A program made the translations under genes and the position numbers. Below are positions 47,629 through 58,302 of a DNA stretch of 64,000 nucleotides, one piece after another. Source of the DNA: a virus. Its lineage: Duplodnaviria > Caudoviricetes. The notes under the pieces are model-generated. The model worked only from the letters and a program-made list of their open reading frames with translations. It did not search any database and was not told the DNA's origin. Location of the stretch: the IMG/VR virus record IMGVR_UViG_3300029288_000107, positions 40,813 through 104,812 of that record; one strand, 5' to 3'. How positions within the stretch are numbered: position 1 is the first letter of the stretch; the number at the start of each line of letters is the position of its first letter.

Positions 47629-48588
47629 ATGCCAGCGTTCAACCGTGACGACGCCTTCCTTGCTCGCAACCCCATTGCGTGGCTGCGCCAGGTCCTCAGC
47701 GACTGGGGGCTGGAGTCGTTCTGCAAGCGGTACTACGGCACCTACCCGGGCGTGGTGGTGGACAACGCGGACCCGGAGGGGCTGTACCGCATCAGGGCCC
47801 TATGCCCGGCCATCGGGTTGAACAAGTCGGAGGGCGTGCCGGAGAACTACTGGGCGTGGCCGTGCCTGCCCGGGTTAGGGAACGATCAGGACGGGTTGTC
47901 GGGTGGGGACGTGTGGGTGCCAGACGTCGGCAGCAACGTGTGGCTCCAGTTTGAGGGGGGCAGCCCGAAGAGCCCCATCTACATGGGGGGATGGGTCAAC
48001 GTCAAGAAGGCCATGCCGGAGCTGGACCACGCGGCGGCGCTGCGCAAGGGCATCCGCACGCGCAGCGGGCACTTCCTGCGCTTCAGCGACGATCCGGCCG
48101 ACCTGCACATCACGATCGGCAAGGGGGACGGGGCGGGGTCGCAGACGGCCTCGTTTCTGACGTTCGACAAGGACGGCAACGTCGCCATCAGCAACGACAA
48201 GGGCTCCCTGCTCTACATGAACGCGCAGGATGACGAGGTCAGCGTCGTCACGGCCAATGCGGACGGCGAGACGGAGAGCATAGTCATGCTGGGCAAGGAC
48301 GAGGTCACGCTGGCCACGAAGGGCGGCGCCACGTTCGGCATGAAGGGGAAGGACATCACGATCAACGGGGGCAATATCATCCTCAACGGGACCATGGTGC
48401 ACCTGGCAACGAAGCAGATCTACCTGGGCAAGAACGCGACGGAGCCCGCGGTGCTGGGCAACAAGCTGGCGCTGAACATGGCGTTGCAGATACACGGGAC
48501 CGCGGCGCCGGGCTCGCCGACGACGCCGCCGACGACGCCACCGCCGCTGCTGGGCAAGGAACTGTCCACGGTCGTGTTCATCGAGTAG
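47629..48588 (+). CDS. baseplate central spike (gp5 OB-fold / gpV-like)
   Basis: YYG.YPGVVVDNADPE, VPDVGS.VW..FEGG, TRSGH...FSDD. Confidence 0.9.
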   Translation: MPAFNRDDAFLARNPIAWLRQVLSDWGLESFCKRYYGTYPGVVVDNADPEGLYRIRALCPAIGLNKSEGVPENYWAWPCLPGLGNDQDGLSGGDVWVPDVGSNVWLQFEGGSPKSPIYMGGWVNVKKAMPELDHAAALRKGIRTRSGHFLRFSDDPADLHITIGKGDGAGSQTASFLTFDKDGNVAISNDKGSLLYMNAQDDEVSVVTANADGETESIVMLGKDEVTLATKGGATFGMKGKDITINGGNIILNGTMVHLATKQIYLGKNATEPAVLGNKLALNMALQIHGTAAPGSPTTPPTTPPPLLGKELSTVVFIE

Positions 48589-48597
48589 GGGGACGAC

Positions 48598-48951
48598 GTG
48601 TCGAAGTGCAAGATTCCAGCGCTGCCCATCCCGAAGCTGACGATACCGGTTCCGGGGATCCCCTTTTCGATTCCGAAGCCGCCGGGGTTGCCGAAGGTCC
48701 CGAAGTTGCCGGGATACGGGATCGCGTTGAAGCTGCCGGTGCCGAAGCTGACAATCCCAGTGCCCGGGATACCGTTCTCGATTCCGAAGCCGCCGAGTCT
48801 GCCGAAGGTTCCGAAGTTGCCGAGTTACGGGATCGCGCTGAAGTTGCCGGTGCCGAAGTTCACGATTCCGGTCCCGGGGATACCGTTCTCGATTCCGAAA
48901 CCGCCAGCGCTTCCGGGCATCCCGGGAGTTCCGGCGTGCCCGTTGGACTGA
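48598..48951 (+). CDS. Pro/Lys-rich repeat protein with terminal Cys residues
   Basis: About 2.6 copies of a 37-aa unit; MSKC...CPLD. Confidence 0.7.
   Translation: MSKCKIPALPIPKLTIPVPGIPFSIPKPPGLPKVPKLPGYGIALKLPVPKLTIPVPGIPFSIPKPPSLPKVPKLPSYGIALKLPVPKFTIPVPGIPFSIPKPPALPGIPGVPACPLD
48622..48912 (+). repeat. 111-bp imperfect tandem repeat
   Basis: LP(I/V)PK(L/F)TIPVPGIPFSIPKPP occurs three times with synonymous divergence. Confidence 0.85.
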
Positions 48952-48982
48952 TCTGCGCACGCGCGTGCGCGGGAGGTGAGTA

Positions 48983-49372
48983 GTGGCGACGACATTGAAG
49001 GGAATCAAGTTCCCGTTCCAGTTGGGGACGACCGGATTCCCGGCCATGAGCGAGGGGAACGTCGTGGTGAGCGACCAGGTGCGCGTATTGTTCACGACGG
49101 GCAAGGGGGAGCGCGTCATGCGGCCTACGTTGGGCGTGGAGGCGCTGGAGATGATCTTCGGGGACATCAGCCCCATCACGAAGGCGCGGATCGCGGCGGA
49201 TGCCGTGCGGGCCTTCCGGGATTGGGTGCTGCTCGCGGTGGTCCGCGCGGTTGACGTGTACGAGGGAACGACTGAAAATGACGACACGACGTTGTACGCG
49301 GACATCGAGTACAGCATCGCGGGCCAGATCGAGAGCCAGCAGGTGCCGATGGCGACGGCGAATCAGGGATGA
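48983..49372 (+). CDS. baseplate wedge gp25/GpW-like
   Basis: GIKFPF, GERVMRPTLG. Confidence 0.9.
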   Translation: MATTLKGIKFPFQLGTTGFPAMSEGNVVVSDQVRVLFTTGKGERVMRPTLGVEALEMIFGDISPITKARIAADAVRAFRDWVLLAVVRAVDVYEGTTENDDTTLYADIEYSIAGQIESQQVPMATANQG

Positions 49373-49378
49373 GTATAA

Positions 49379-51544
49379 ATGGCGCGTGAACCACTGGTAC
49401 AGGACCGGCAGCCGCTGAACGAAGTCAAGTTCGCGGGGCGGGACTTCGGGTCGATCTTCGACGCGCTGATGCGGCGCCTCAAGATCCAGTACGCCGACAT
49501 CTACAACGACTACGCCGAGTCGAGCGTGGGCATCATGCTGGTGGATCTCTGTGCGCACGCGGCGGCGCAGATCTGCTGGACGCTGGACCGCATCGCGAGC
49601 GACTGCTACCTCGCCACGGTTCGCACGCCGACCCCGGCGAGCTGGCTGTCCCGCATGGTCGGCTACAAGATGACGCCCGCGGCGGCGGCGGGGGCGGACC
49701 TCACGTTGAGCTTCGATAGCATCCCGGGTCCGGCGACCATGGGTACGGGGTGGCGCTTCATGGGGCCCGAGTCCATCCAGTACGAGCTGGTGGCGGACCT
49801 AGCGCTGGTAGTGTCCGGAGTGCCCGTGACTTACACGGCCAGCGTGCGACAGGGCGAGACGCGCAACCTCAGCTACGTGGGCGACGGCACGTTGTTTCAG
49901 CAGTACACGCTGGAGTACGCGGGCGCCGACGAGTACATCGCGGACGGCAGCGTGCGTGTCTGGGTGGACGGCGCCGAGTGGACGGAGGAGACATTCCTCG
50001 CCTACGAGGCCACGGACCAGTTCGAGGTGGACTATTTGGCGGAGCCGCCCTACGTGCGCTTCGGCGACGGCAAGGCGGGCAACGTGCCCAACGACGGCGC
50101 CGACATCCGCATCGAGTTCGTGAAGATCGTGGGGGCCAAGGGCAACGTCAAGGCGGACACCATCACGACCAGCCTCGACACGCTGACCATCGGGGGCGTG
50201 CCGGTGCCGTTCACGGTGACCAACGCGCTGCCCGCGCGGAGCGGCATGGATGCGGAGACGGTGGACCACGCGCGCCGCACGGCGCCCTACGCCTTCGCGG
50301 CGCGGGGCGGGGCCATCACCCTCACGGACTACCAGGCGCAGGCCAACGGCTACGTGGACGCGCTGTACGGGGCCGTGGCCAAGGCGTACGCGTACAGCCC
50401 GCACACGGCCTACGCCGACATTGTGTTCAACGGCTACGTGGCGCAGATCGGGCTGTACCTGGACGACTTCGACCTCGCCATCGCGGCGGTGCAGGCGGCG
50501 TGGGCGGCCGATCTGGTGACGATCAACGCGCAGGTCACGGCCATCGACGACGCCTACACGAACATGGAGGCGGAGCGGGCCGCAGCGGTGGCGGCGGTGG
50601 CGGCCATCGTGGCGACCTGCGAGTCGGCCAACGGCACGTTGCTGGTCAACGACGGCAGCTACAGCTCGTTGGGCACGGCCTACACGGCCCACACGGGGGC
50701 GTCGGCCTCGCTGCTGGCCTACCTTGCGACGGTACTGTCTCCAGCCGAACTGGTCATCGCGACGGGCTACATCACCACTATGGACGCGAGCGCGGACACG
50801 ATGAAGGCAGCGGCGGACGCCATCAGCGGCAACGACGCGGCGGCGCGCGCCATGATCACGGGTACCATCCAGATGCAGAACGCGGCGCTGGATGCCATCG
50901 TGGAGGATACGACTGGCACGTGGGAGGTGGAGCTGGCGGCGCAGGCGGCGGCAGTGGCGGCGCTCGCCGTGCCGATCGCAAACGTAACGGCACAGATCGC
51001 AGCGGCCGACGTGCTGGCGACCGATCTCAACGCGGACATCACGGCGCAGACCACGCAGATGCAGTTGCGGGTGGGCGAGCTGTTCGACGCCAGCTGCCGG
51101 GCCAACATCGTGCAGGTGCCCATCCTGTCGGTGGACGCCAACGGGGACTACATCGCGCCGCCCAGCGGCCTCATGGCGAGCCTCCAGACCCACCTCGACG
51201 GCCTCAAGGAGGTCACGCAGCAGGTGGAGGTGCTGGACGGCACGCCGGGGCTGTTGGACACGGACATCACGATTCGAACGCGGGTGTCGGACGGCTACGT
51301 GGTGGCCGAGGTGCTGAGCGCCATCGACGCCACGGTGCGCGGAATCATGCGGGGGCGGGAGTTCGCGGCGCCGCTCTACCTGTCCTACCTGTACCAGATG
51401 GTCCGCGCCTGCTCGGCGGGGGTGGAGTACTGCACGATTACGATCTTGACGGACCCGTTGGCGTACACCATCGGGGGGAACGCCATCCCGGAGGCGACAC
51501 AGATCCTCGTGCTGCGCACGTTGGATAACCAGGAGGCGCCGTAG
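49379..51544 (+). CDS. baseplate wedge gp6/J-like with helical insertion
   Basis: RDFGSI, FGDG..G, G.D.ET, AIT..DY. Confidence 0.9.
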   Translation: MAREPLVQDRQPLNEVKFAGRDFGSIFDALMRRLKIQYADIYNDYAESSVGIMLVDLCAHAAAQICWTLDRIASDCYLATVRTPTPASWLSRMVGYKMTPAAAAGADLTLSFDSIPGPATMGTGWRFMGPESIQYELVADLALVVSGVPVTYTASVRQGETRNLSYVGDGTLFQQYTLEYAGADEYIADGSVRVWVDGAEWTEETFLAYEATDQFEVDYLAEPPYVRFGDGKAGNVPNDGADIRIEFVKIVGAKGNVKADTITTSLDTLTIGGVPVPFTVTNALPARSGMDAETVDHARRTAPYAFAARGGAITLTDYQAQANGYVDALYGAVAKAYAYSPHTAYADIVFNGYVAQIGLYLDDFDLAIAAVQAAWAADLVTINAQVTAIDDAYTNMEAERAAAVAAVAAIVATCESANGTLLVNDGSYSSLGTAYTAHTGASASLLAYLATVLSPAELVIATGYITTMDASADTMKAAADAISGNDAAARAMITGTIQMQNAALDAIVEDTTGTWEVELAAQAAAVAALAVPIANVTAQIAAADVLATDLNADITAQTTQMQLRVGELFDASCRANIVQVPILSVDANGDYIAPPSGLMASLQTHLDGLKEVTQQVEVLDGTPGLLDTDITIRTRVSDGYVVAEVLSAIDATVRGIMRGREFAAPLYLSYLYQMVRACSAGVEYCTITILTDPLAYTIGGNAIPEATQILVLRTLDNQEAP

Positions 51545-52152
51545 TGGCAACGCGTGAGACGAGCCGGTTCAACATCCCGTACCCGGGGTACGACGACCAG
51601 GGGAACTGGGATTCTAAGTTCGTGAGCATGATCACGCAGGTGGACGCCACGCTGTTCGCGCTCATGGAGCACGTGCAGTTGACGTTCCAAGCGTTGCCCA
51701 GCGTCACGAACAACGCTGGGACGAACGAGATGGATCAGGCCACGGATCTGATCTTCATGTCGCGCACGTTCGGGTGCACGATCACGGTGGCAGCGGGTAG
51801 CGTGCCGTTGGTGCCGCAGCACCTCATCGGCATCCAGGTGCCGTCCGGGATCACGGCCAACGCGACGGCCGTGTGGGAAGTGGTGGGGGTCGCGGACATC
51901 GACGCTGACTTCCTCGTGCTGGGCTACATCGACGCGACCTTCAACATCTACTGGTGGAACGCGGCCGTGCTGTCGGTGGGGGACACGTCGCGGCTGTTCT
52001 CGCACGTGACGGTCGGAACGCTGGGGTTCATGGTTGGGGCGGGGAACCCGAACGGGATCGTGGTGGCGCCAGCGGGAACGAGCTACTACGACAACGTGGC
52101 GCTGGTGATCTACATGAACGTCGACAGCATCTCGACGTGGGTGCTTCTGTGA
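51544..52152 (+). CDS. tail/baseplate associated protein
   Basis: C-terminal GAGNPNG.V.AP.G..Y motif typical of fibre parts. Confidence 0.65.
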   Translation: MATRETSRFNIPYPGYDDQGNWDSKFVSMITQVDATLFALMEHVQLTFQALPSVTNNAGTNEMDQATDLIFMSRTFGCTITVAAGSVPLVPQHLIGIQVPSGITANATAVWEVVGVADIDADFLVLGYIDATFNIYWWNAAVLSVGDTSRLFSHVTVGTLGFMVGAGNPNGIVVAPAGTSYYDNVALVIYMNVDSISTWVLL

Positions 52153-52160
52153 GGTAACGC

Positions 52161-55100
52161 ATGGCGTTTCAAATACCGATCAATTCGCACAACTTCACGG
52201 GGCTGCACGCCGGGGATGCGGCGGCGACAACGTGGATTCAGACGAACCATTGGGACACCTCCTACGATGGGTTGGGAACACCGCAGGAGAGCGCGTGGTA
52301 CTGGGACACGGTGACCGGATTCGAGAAGGTGTGGGACGGCGCCATGTGGGTGGTGCGGGGGGCGGTGTCGGGGACCACGCTGGACATGGCCTACGACGGC
52401 GGAGGTGCCGGGCTCGGGCGGTCGATTACGGCGGACAGCGGGGCGGTGGACATCTCCGTACCGATTGCGGTGAACGGCACGGCGTTGGCAGTGCACCAAC
52501 TCAACCCGGCGGCGACGGTGGACGTGTTCACCGTGGAGAACCTCGGTGCGAGCGGGGCGAGTATCGGGTTGACAGGCACGCGGCGGTGGATCGAGTCGGA
52601 CGCGGGAGACGCGACGTTCGGGCTGGTGGCGAACGATGCGAACACGTACACGCTGCACTTGTCGGCGGTCAACACTGGGGCCGGGATCGCGAAGATTGGA
52701 ATTGGCGCTGACGACGATGTCGACATCACCTCGGACACTGGTTGTGTAACGATTCACGGGTACGATACCGGAACCGTCGGCGTAGAAATCGAGGCGGTGG
52801 CTGGAGGCGGGTCCGTCAACATCGGCGCGGTGAATCTCCCGAACCAGCTCAACCTCGGGACGGGTGGAATTCGAACGGTCGTGCTCGGCAGCGTTACGGG
52901 AGCGGCCATTACCACGCTTCGCAGTGGCACCGGAGCGTTTACGGTGACGGCTGGTGGGACCTTCGACGTCAACGTGACCGGGGCAGTCACCATCGACGCG
53001 GCCGGGGCGAGCGGTATCACGATTGGCGGGGACGCGAACACCGGGGCCATCGGGGTTGGGAACAGCGCGTCGGCGCGGTCCGTGACGGTGGGCAGTACGA
53101 ACACGACGTCGGCGCTGGCGTTGCAGGCGGGCACGGGGTTCATCTCGTTCGCGGACGGCTACAAGGCGGCTGGCGGGTACGCGGGGGCTCTGTACCTGGC
53201 GCTGAACGCGGCGGAGTACACTTCGTTTGAGGCAAACTTCGGCGAGGTGTCGTTGCTGAACGCGATCAACCAGTGTGCGACGTCGGCGGTGACGCTCGAC
53301 GAGGCGTACAACGCGAGTGGTGGTGCGAGCGCGATCACGGTGGACGCGGGGGACGTGACGTGGGCGCTGACCGGGGCGTACTCGTTCGTGGTGGATCTGA
53401 CGGCGGCGACTGGCACGGCGGATGGGTTCCACGTCGAGGACGGGACGGACTATTTCCGGCTGAATCACACGGCGGCAAACTCGCTCGCACTGTCGTCCGA
53501 ATTCACGTCCGTGGGGATCAACACGTCCGAGGGCGTCACGATCCGTGCCAATCACGCCTCCGAATTCCGCGTGACGTCGAACAACCTCACGCTGTCGACC
53601 GTGACGAGTGGCACGCTCGCGGTAACGAGTGCGGCGACCCTCGACCTAAACGCGGTCGCCGCGACGCTCGACGCCTCCGGTGGATACTCGATCGACGGTT
53701 CCGGAGCATCTTGCAATGTCTCGGCTACGGGACAGGCGCTCACCGTCTCGACGCTTTCCAGCGGGACGCTCGGAGTGCAAGCGGTAGCTCTTCTCGACAT
53801 CGATGCGGGGGCGAATCTCGACTGTGACATCACCGGGACGATCGACATCGACGCAAGCGGGGCCGTAACGATCGACTCGACGGGAGGATCGATTAGCGTC
53901 GGCGGTGGAGCGGACGCTCAGGCGATCAGCATCGGCACGGGCGCGGCGGCTCGCACCATCACGATCGGCAACGGGACGACGACAACGGGCATTTCTTTGC
54001 GCTCTGGCAGCGGTGGGGTTGACGTCTGGCGCGGTGGAAACCTGACGCAGACGACGGACCTGTTTAGCATCACGAATACGTGCAACGCGGCTTCAATGAC
54101 TGCCACGGGAACCGGACTGCTGTGGAATCAGTGGTACTACGACGTAGCGACTCCTGCGCTTGCGGACAGTGGACGGATCGCAGTTATCACAGAGGGCAAC
54201 TGGACGAGCGACGCTGCGACACACGATGCCGCCATGTCGTTCCAAGTGGCGCTTAATGGGACGCTCACGGAACGGCTTGCGCTGTCGTCGGCGGGCGTTC
54301 TCAGTGGTCCCACGAGCATCGGCGTCACCGGGACTCGGATTGCCGCCGGGTTCTTCACCGATCTCACCGTGACGAACGCGATCACGGGCAGCATCACGGG
54401 CAACGCGGCGACGGTGACGGTTGCCGACACCGTGAGCGCGACTTGCTACGTCGGCCTGTACGAGGCGGCGAGCGGATCGCTTGCGGGGAAGACCGACGCC
54501 GCGCTCACGTACAACGCGAGCACGGGGGCGTTGGCGGCGACGTCTCTCGGAGTAACGGGCGCTGTCACTGGCGCGACGTCAACGTGGACGACTGCGGGAA
54601 CGGCGAAAGCCTTCACAGACATGCTGACGTTGACGAACACCGGCAACGCGGTGGACATGGACGGCACTGGCGTCGGGATTTTGTGGAACCTCTACTACTA
54701 CGACGCCGCGACTCCCGCTGTTTGGGACGCCGGTCGGATCGTCGTGGCGGCAGAGCAGGACGCTACAAGCACGGCGAGCACGCAGGACTCGTACATGGCG
54801 TTATATACGTCGTTGGACGGGACGAATGCGGAGCGCTTGCGGGTGACGAGCGCTGGGCACGTGGGAGTCAATGACGTCGCGCCAACCTCTTATCTGTCGA
54901 TCATCGCCGAAGGCGTTAGTAACTGCCTGAATGTGGCAGGTGGAACAGTCTCACACGGAGACAAACCCGCAATCGTTCGTCTCATCAATGCAGCGACTAC
55001 AATTTCGGCCGAGTCGCCGATCGGTAAAATCGAATTCTACTCATCGGACGCGAGCGGAGGAGGCGCGGGAGTCACATCCTATATATATGGGATACAGCAA

Positions 55101-55655
55101 ACGACGTCGCCGAACAACGGAGCATTGACATTCGGTACAGGCGCGACGACAGCCGCAGAGAGGTTGCGCCTAGACGTACTTGGCAATCTCGGCCTCGGCC
55201 TCACCGCATGGGGCACTTCTGCCGCCAAGGTGCTCGGCCTAGCCTCCGGCACGGCCCCCACGACCTCCCCCACCAACGCGGTGCAGATGTGGGCGGGCGA
55301 CTTCAACGCGGCGGCTGGGAAGTCGGCGCTTCACCTCCGCGACGAATCCGGGGTGCTGTCGGTGCTCGGCAACAATTGGGGCCTGTTCACGGCGGGCGCG
55401 GAGGTCATCGACGCCACGGCCGAGAAAACGATTTTCCTGTCGAACGGAACCGCGCCGTCCGCGCACACGGATGATGGAATCTATATCCACTCGCTCAACT
55501 GTGGTGCCTACGACTCGGCGGACGATCTCGCGTCGCTGGCGTTGTGCACTGAGTCCGCCGTGATCACTGCGAGCAAGGCACAGGACAGCGCGCTCGCGAT
55601 AACGATCAACGGACACTCGTACTGGATGTTGTTGCGCGCGTGCGAGGCTGCCTAA
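52161..55655 (+). CDS. long tail fibre / receptor-binding protein
   Basis: G/T/A/S-rich beta repeats, ERLR....G..G fibre motifs, mosaic GC. Confidence 0.85.
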   Translation: MAFQIPINSHNFTGLHAGDAAATTWIQTNHWDTSYDGLGTPQESAWYWDTVTGFEKVWDGAMWVVRGAVSGTTLDMAYDGGGAGLGRSITADSGAVDISVPIAVNGTALAVHQLNPAATVDVFTVENLGASGASIGLTGTRRWIESDAGDATFGLVANDANTYTLHLSAVNTGAGIAKIGIGADDDVDITSDTGCVTIHGYDTGTVGVEIEAVAGGGSVNIGAVNLPNQLNLGTGGIRTVVLGSVTGAAITTLRSGTGAFTVTAGGTFDVNVTGAVTIDAAGASGITIGGDANTGAIGVGNSASARSVTVGSTNTTSALALQAGTGFISFADGYKAAGGYAGALYLALNAAEYTSFEANFGEVSLLNAINQCATSAVTLDEAYNASGGASAITVDAGDVTWALTGAYSFVVDLTAATGTADGFHVEDGTDYFRLNHTAANSLALSSEFTSVGINTSEGVTIRANHASEFRVTSNNLTLSTVTSGTLAVTSAATLDLNAVAATLDASGGYSIDGSGASCNVSATGQALTVSTLSSGTLGVQAVALLDIDAGANLDCDITGTIDIDASGAVTIDSTGGSISVGGGADAQAISIGTGAAARTITIGNGTTTTGISLRSGSGGVDVWRGGNLTQTTDLFSITNTCNAASMTATGTGLLWNQWYYDVATPALADSGRIAVITEGNWTSDAATHDAAMSFQVALNGTLTERLALSSAGVLSGPTSIGVTGTRIAAGFFTDLTVTNAITGSITGNAATVTVADTVSATCYVGLYEAASGSLAGKTDAALTYNASTGALAATSLGVTGAVTGATSTWTTAGTAKAFTDMLTLTNTGNAVDMDGTGVGILWNLYYYDAATPAVWDAGRIVVAAEQDATSTASTQDSYMALYTSLDGTNAERLRVTSAGHVGVNDVAPTSYLSIIAEGVSNCLNVAGGTVSHGDKPAIVRLINAATTISAESPIGKIEFYSSDASGGGAGVTSYIYGIQQTTSPNNGALTFGTGATTAAERLRLDVLGNLGLGLTAWGTSAAKVLGLASGTAPTTSPTNAVQMWAGDFNAAAGKSALHLRDESGVLSVLGNNWGLFTAGAEVIDATAEKTIFLSNGTAPSAHTDDGIYIHSLNCGAYDSADDLASLALCTESAVITASKAQDSALAITINGHSYWMLLRACEAA

Positions 55656-55700
55656 TCGAGTTGACTGGCGAAGGTGCGCCGAAAGAAAGGAAGATGGAAA

Positions 55701-56363
55701 ATGGGAAAGAAGGCTGAGAAGGTGAAGAAGGTTGAGGAGACAGGGATCCTGATGCGCGATGTCATCGAGGCGGATACCGTGATTGCGCGCTACGTGGTGC
55801 GCCCGCAGCCCATGGGCAGGTTGCGGGAGGACGCCACGGCGGAGCAGCGGGCTGCCTACGCGGACGAGGCGGCGCGGTCCGCGGCGAAGAGTACGGTGGT
55901 GGACCGGGTGGCGCGGTTCGTGAAGTTCAGCACGGGGCTGGGGCGCAACGTGAACCTGCTGCGGCCCGAGACGAAGCTGTTCAACGAGGCGCTGCAAACG
56001 GATCGGGCGAAGGCGTACCAGAAGGCGCTCAACGAACTGTTGGCGACGAAGGCGCCAGAGGGGGTAGAGGAGGACAAGCATCGTGCGGATCAGAACGACC
56101 GCGTGGCGGAACTGGCGCGCGAGCACGACGTGCCCGGTATCAACGAGGAGATCAACGCGCGGCGCGAGGAACTTCTAGATGATGCGTCGGGGATCGCGGC
56201 GTGGTATCGGGTGCCGCTGTCGTATCTGCCCGGGTGGGGAGATGCCGAGGGGGCCGCAGAGGAGGACCGGCGTGGCGTGGTGGACCCGCTGGACATCGCG
56301 GCGCTGCTGCGGTTGGGCATCCTGTACGATCCGGAGGATGCGGCGGACGACAAGGCGAGGTAG
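55701..56363 (+). CDS. hypothetical protein, possible fibre chaperone
   Basis: Directly after fibre gene; helical. Confidence 0.55.
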   Translation: MGKKAEKVKKVEETGILMRDVIEADTVIARYVVRPQPMGRLREDATAEQRAAYADEAARSAAKSTVVDRVARFVKFSTGLGRNVNLLRPETKLFNEALQTDRAKAYQKALNELLATKAPEGVEEDKHRADQNDRVAELAREHDVPGINEEINARREELLDDASGIAAWYRVPLSYLPGWGDAEGAAEEDRRGVVDPLDIAALLRLGILYDPEDAADDKAR

Positions 56364-56390
56364 CGCACGCGCGTGCGTAGGTGAGGCGGT

Positions 56391-58268
56391 ATGCTTCCGT
56401 GGGGAAACCAGCAGTTTGGGATGGGGTGGATCGGGCGCGGCGATTGGGGCCGCCGCCTGTTCTGGGAGAACGTGCCGCCCAAGCAGCAGGAGCTGGACGC
56501 CGACAAGGCCAACGTGCTGGAGCTGTTGCTCAAGACGTGGGGCGACGAGTACGAGGCGCATCTCCAGCAGGTGTTGACGCTGCCGTTGCAGCGCGACACG
56601 TTCCAGGCGCGGGCGGCGGGCGATGGCGGCGAGGACATGTACGTGGTGCAGACGGTGGCCGAGGTCGACGCGACCTACGGTGCCGTGCTGAAGCTGCTGG
56701 AGCCCGTGGACGTGGCGGACTTTGCGACGGGCGTGGTTCCCTGCACGCAGGCGGGGGCGCAGTGGGTGGCGGAGGTTGGGGACGGGCGCTGGCCCGTGGT
56801 GCTGGTGCGGCTGCGCAACGCGGACGCGACGTACGATCCGGTGGAGTCGCTGGGCAACGAGGTCTGGTGCAGCACGGGGGCCCCGCTGCCGTTCGCGCAT
56901 GTGGACGAGGAGATCGGGCGTGGCAACGCGACCCCGGCGCCGCCGGTGGCCACGGCCATCCGGGCGCGGTTCGCGGTCAACCCGGGCCTGCTGGTGGTGG
57001 ATGCCGGGGTGGCGGTGACCTTCACGAGCGCCATGACGGGCGTCACGACGGCCTACGACAACGGGGTGGGCGAGCTGCGGGAGGACGTGGCGGGGCAGGC
57101 CGTGGGCAACCTGCGGGCCACGGTGGACTACGACACGGGCCTCATCACGATGGACGTGGACCACGACGTGATGGGGGACAGCGTGTTCCTCGACTCGATC
57201 ATCGCGGCGACCTACACGGTACAAGGCTACTATATTCGGCTGCGGCCGGTGTCCATGCTGGAGTGGCTGCACCGCGACTTCGGGCTGACGGCGGACACCG
57301 GGGCGGCGGACGACGTGCAGCGGGCCGCGCTGGCGCACTACGCCTACTACATGGGGCAGAAGGGCAGTGCGTTCTCCTACGACGTGCTGGGCAGCATCTA
57401 CCTGTTCGACGTGGAGGCGACTGGTCTGTGGGAGGTATGCTACTTCGCGCAGGTGGCGGACTACCCGGCAGACCACGTGTTCGCGGTGGGGGGGCGGACC
57501 TACACGGACATCGGGCCGCGCAAGGTGCGCTTCGACGACATCGCGGCCGACGCCGAGTACTACGACCACGACGGCGACCACAATGGGGGCATGCCGGGAC
57601 TGGTGCCGTTGCTGGATCGCGAGGTCATCTACGACGACGCCTCGCTGGACACGTGGAGCGTGGCCAAGGCGTTTGCGGTGGACGTGACGCAGGGCTACTA
57701 CTACCCGGCGCGGGTGCCTGCCACGGTGGTCAGCGCGACGGCGCTCACGGCAGCGGAACTGGTGACGTACGGGCTCAGCGTGGGCTTCCGGGTCGTGGTG
57801 GCCATGACGCAGGCGCAGAAGGACGAGTTCTCGTACACGGGGCGAGGCATCTGGGCGCTCACGGAGTACGACAAGGTGGGCGGTGTGCCGCCGAGTTGGA
57901 CGGCCGATCCGTACTGGATCGACGCGGAGGATGGATGGAACGCGGGGCTGCTCCAGTGGACCGTGGTGATCGGGGCGGCGGTGGCGCCGACGGTGGGGGG
58001 CGACGTGGCGGTGCGGTATTGGCCCACCATGGACACGACGGACTGTTGCTACTGCCGGTCCAACTTCGTGCGCCTCGCGATAGGCACGACGGCGGAGGGC
58101 ATCGCGGCGTACGGGCACTATCGGTCGGTGCGGCCCGCGGTGCCGCTGGACCCGCCGCCCGCGCCCGTGTCGAAGATGCGGGCGGCGCAGTGTCGGCTGG
58201 AGGCGCGGCTGGTAGAGTTGCTCATGCCGAGCCACGTGCGTATTCTGGAGATCGTGGACGTGCCGTAA
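56391..58268 (+). CDS. baseplate wedge (P2 gpI/gp7-like) protein
   Basis: LEWLHRDFG, KGS..SY, LMPSHVRI. Confidence 0.7.
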   Translation: MLPWGNQQFGMGWIGRGDWGRRLFWENVPPKQQELDADKANVLELLLKTWGDEYEAHLQQVLTLPLQRDTFQARAAGDGGEDMYVVQTVAEVDATYGAVLKLLEPVDVADFATGVVPCTQAGAQWVAEVGDGRWPVVLVRLRNADATYDPVESLGNEVWCSTGAPLPFAHVDEEIGRGNATPAPPVATAIRARFAVNPGLLVVDAGVAVTFTSAMTGVTTAYDNGVGELREDVAGQAVGNLRATVDYDTGLITMDVDHDVMGDSVFLDSIIAATYTVQGYYIRLRPVSMLEWLHRDFGLTADTGAADDVQRAALAHYAYYMGQKGSAFSYDVLGSIYLFDVEATGLWEVCYFAQVADYPADHVFAVGGRTYTDIGPRKVRFDDIAADAEYYDHDGDHNGGMPGLVPLLDREVIYDDASLDTWSVAKAFAVDVTQGYYYPARVPATVVSATALTAAELVTYGLSVGFRVVVAMTQAQKDEFSYTGRGIWALTEYDKVGGVPPSWTADPYWIDAEDGWNAGLLQWTVVIGAAVAPTVGGDVAVRYWPTMDTTDCCYCRSNFVRLAIGTTAEGIAAYGHYRSVRPAVPLDPPPAPVSKMRAAQCRLEARLVELLMPSHVRILEIVDVP

Positions 58269-58302
58269 CTGCGCACGCGCGTGCGCGGACGAGAGGTAAC
58301 CG

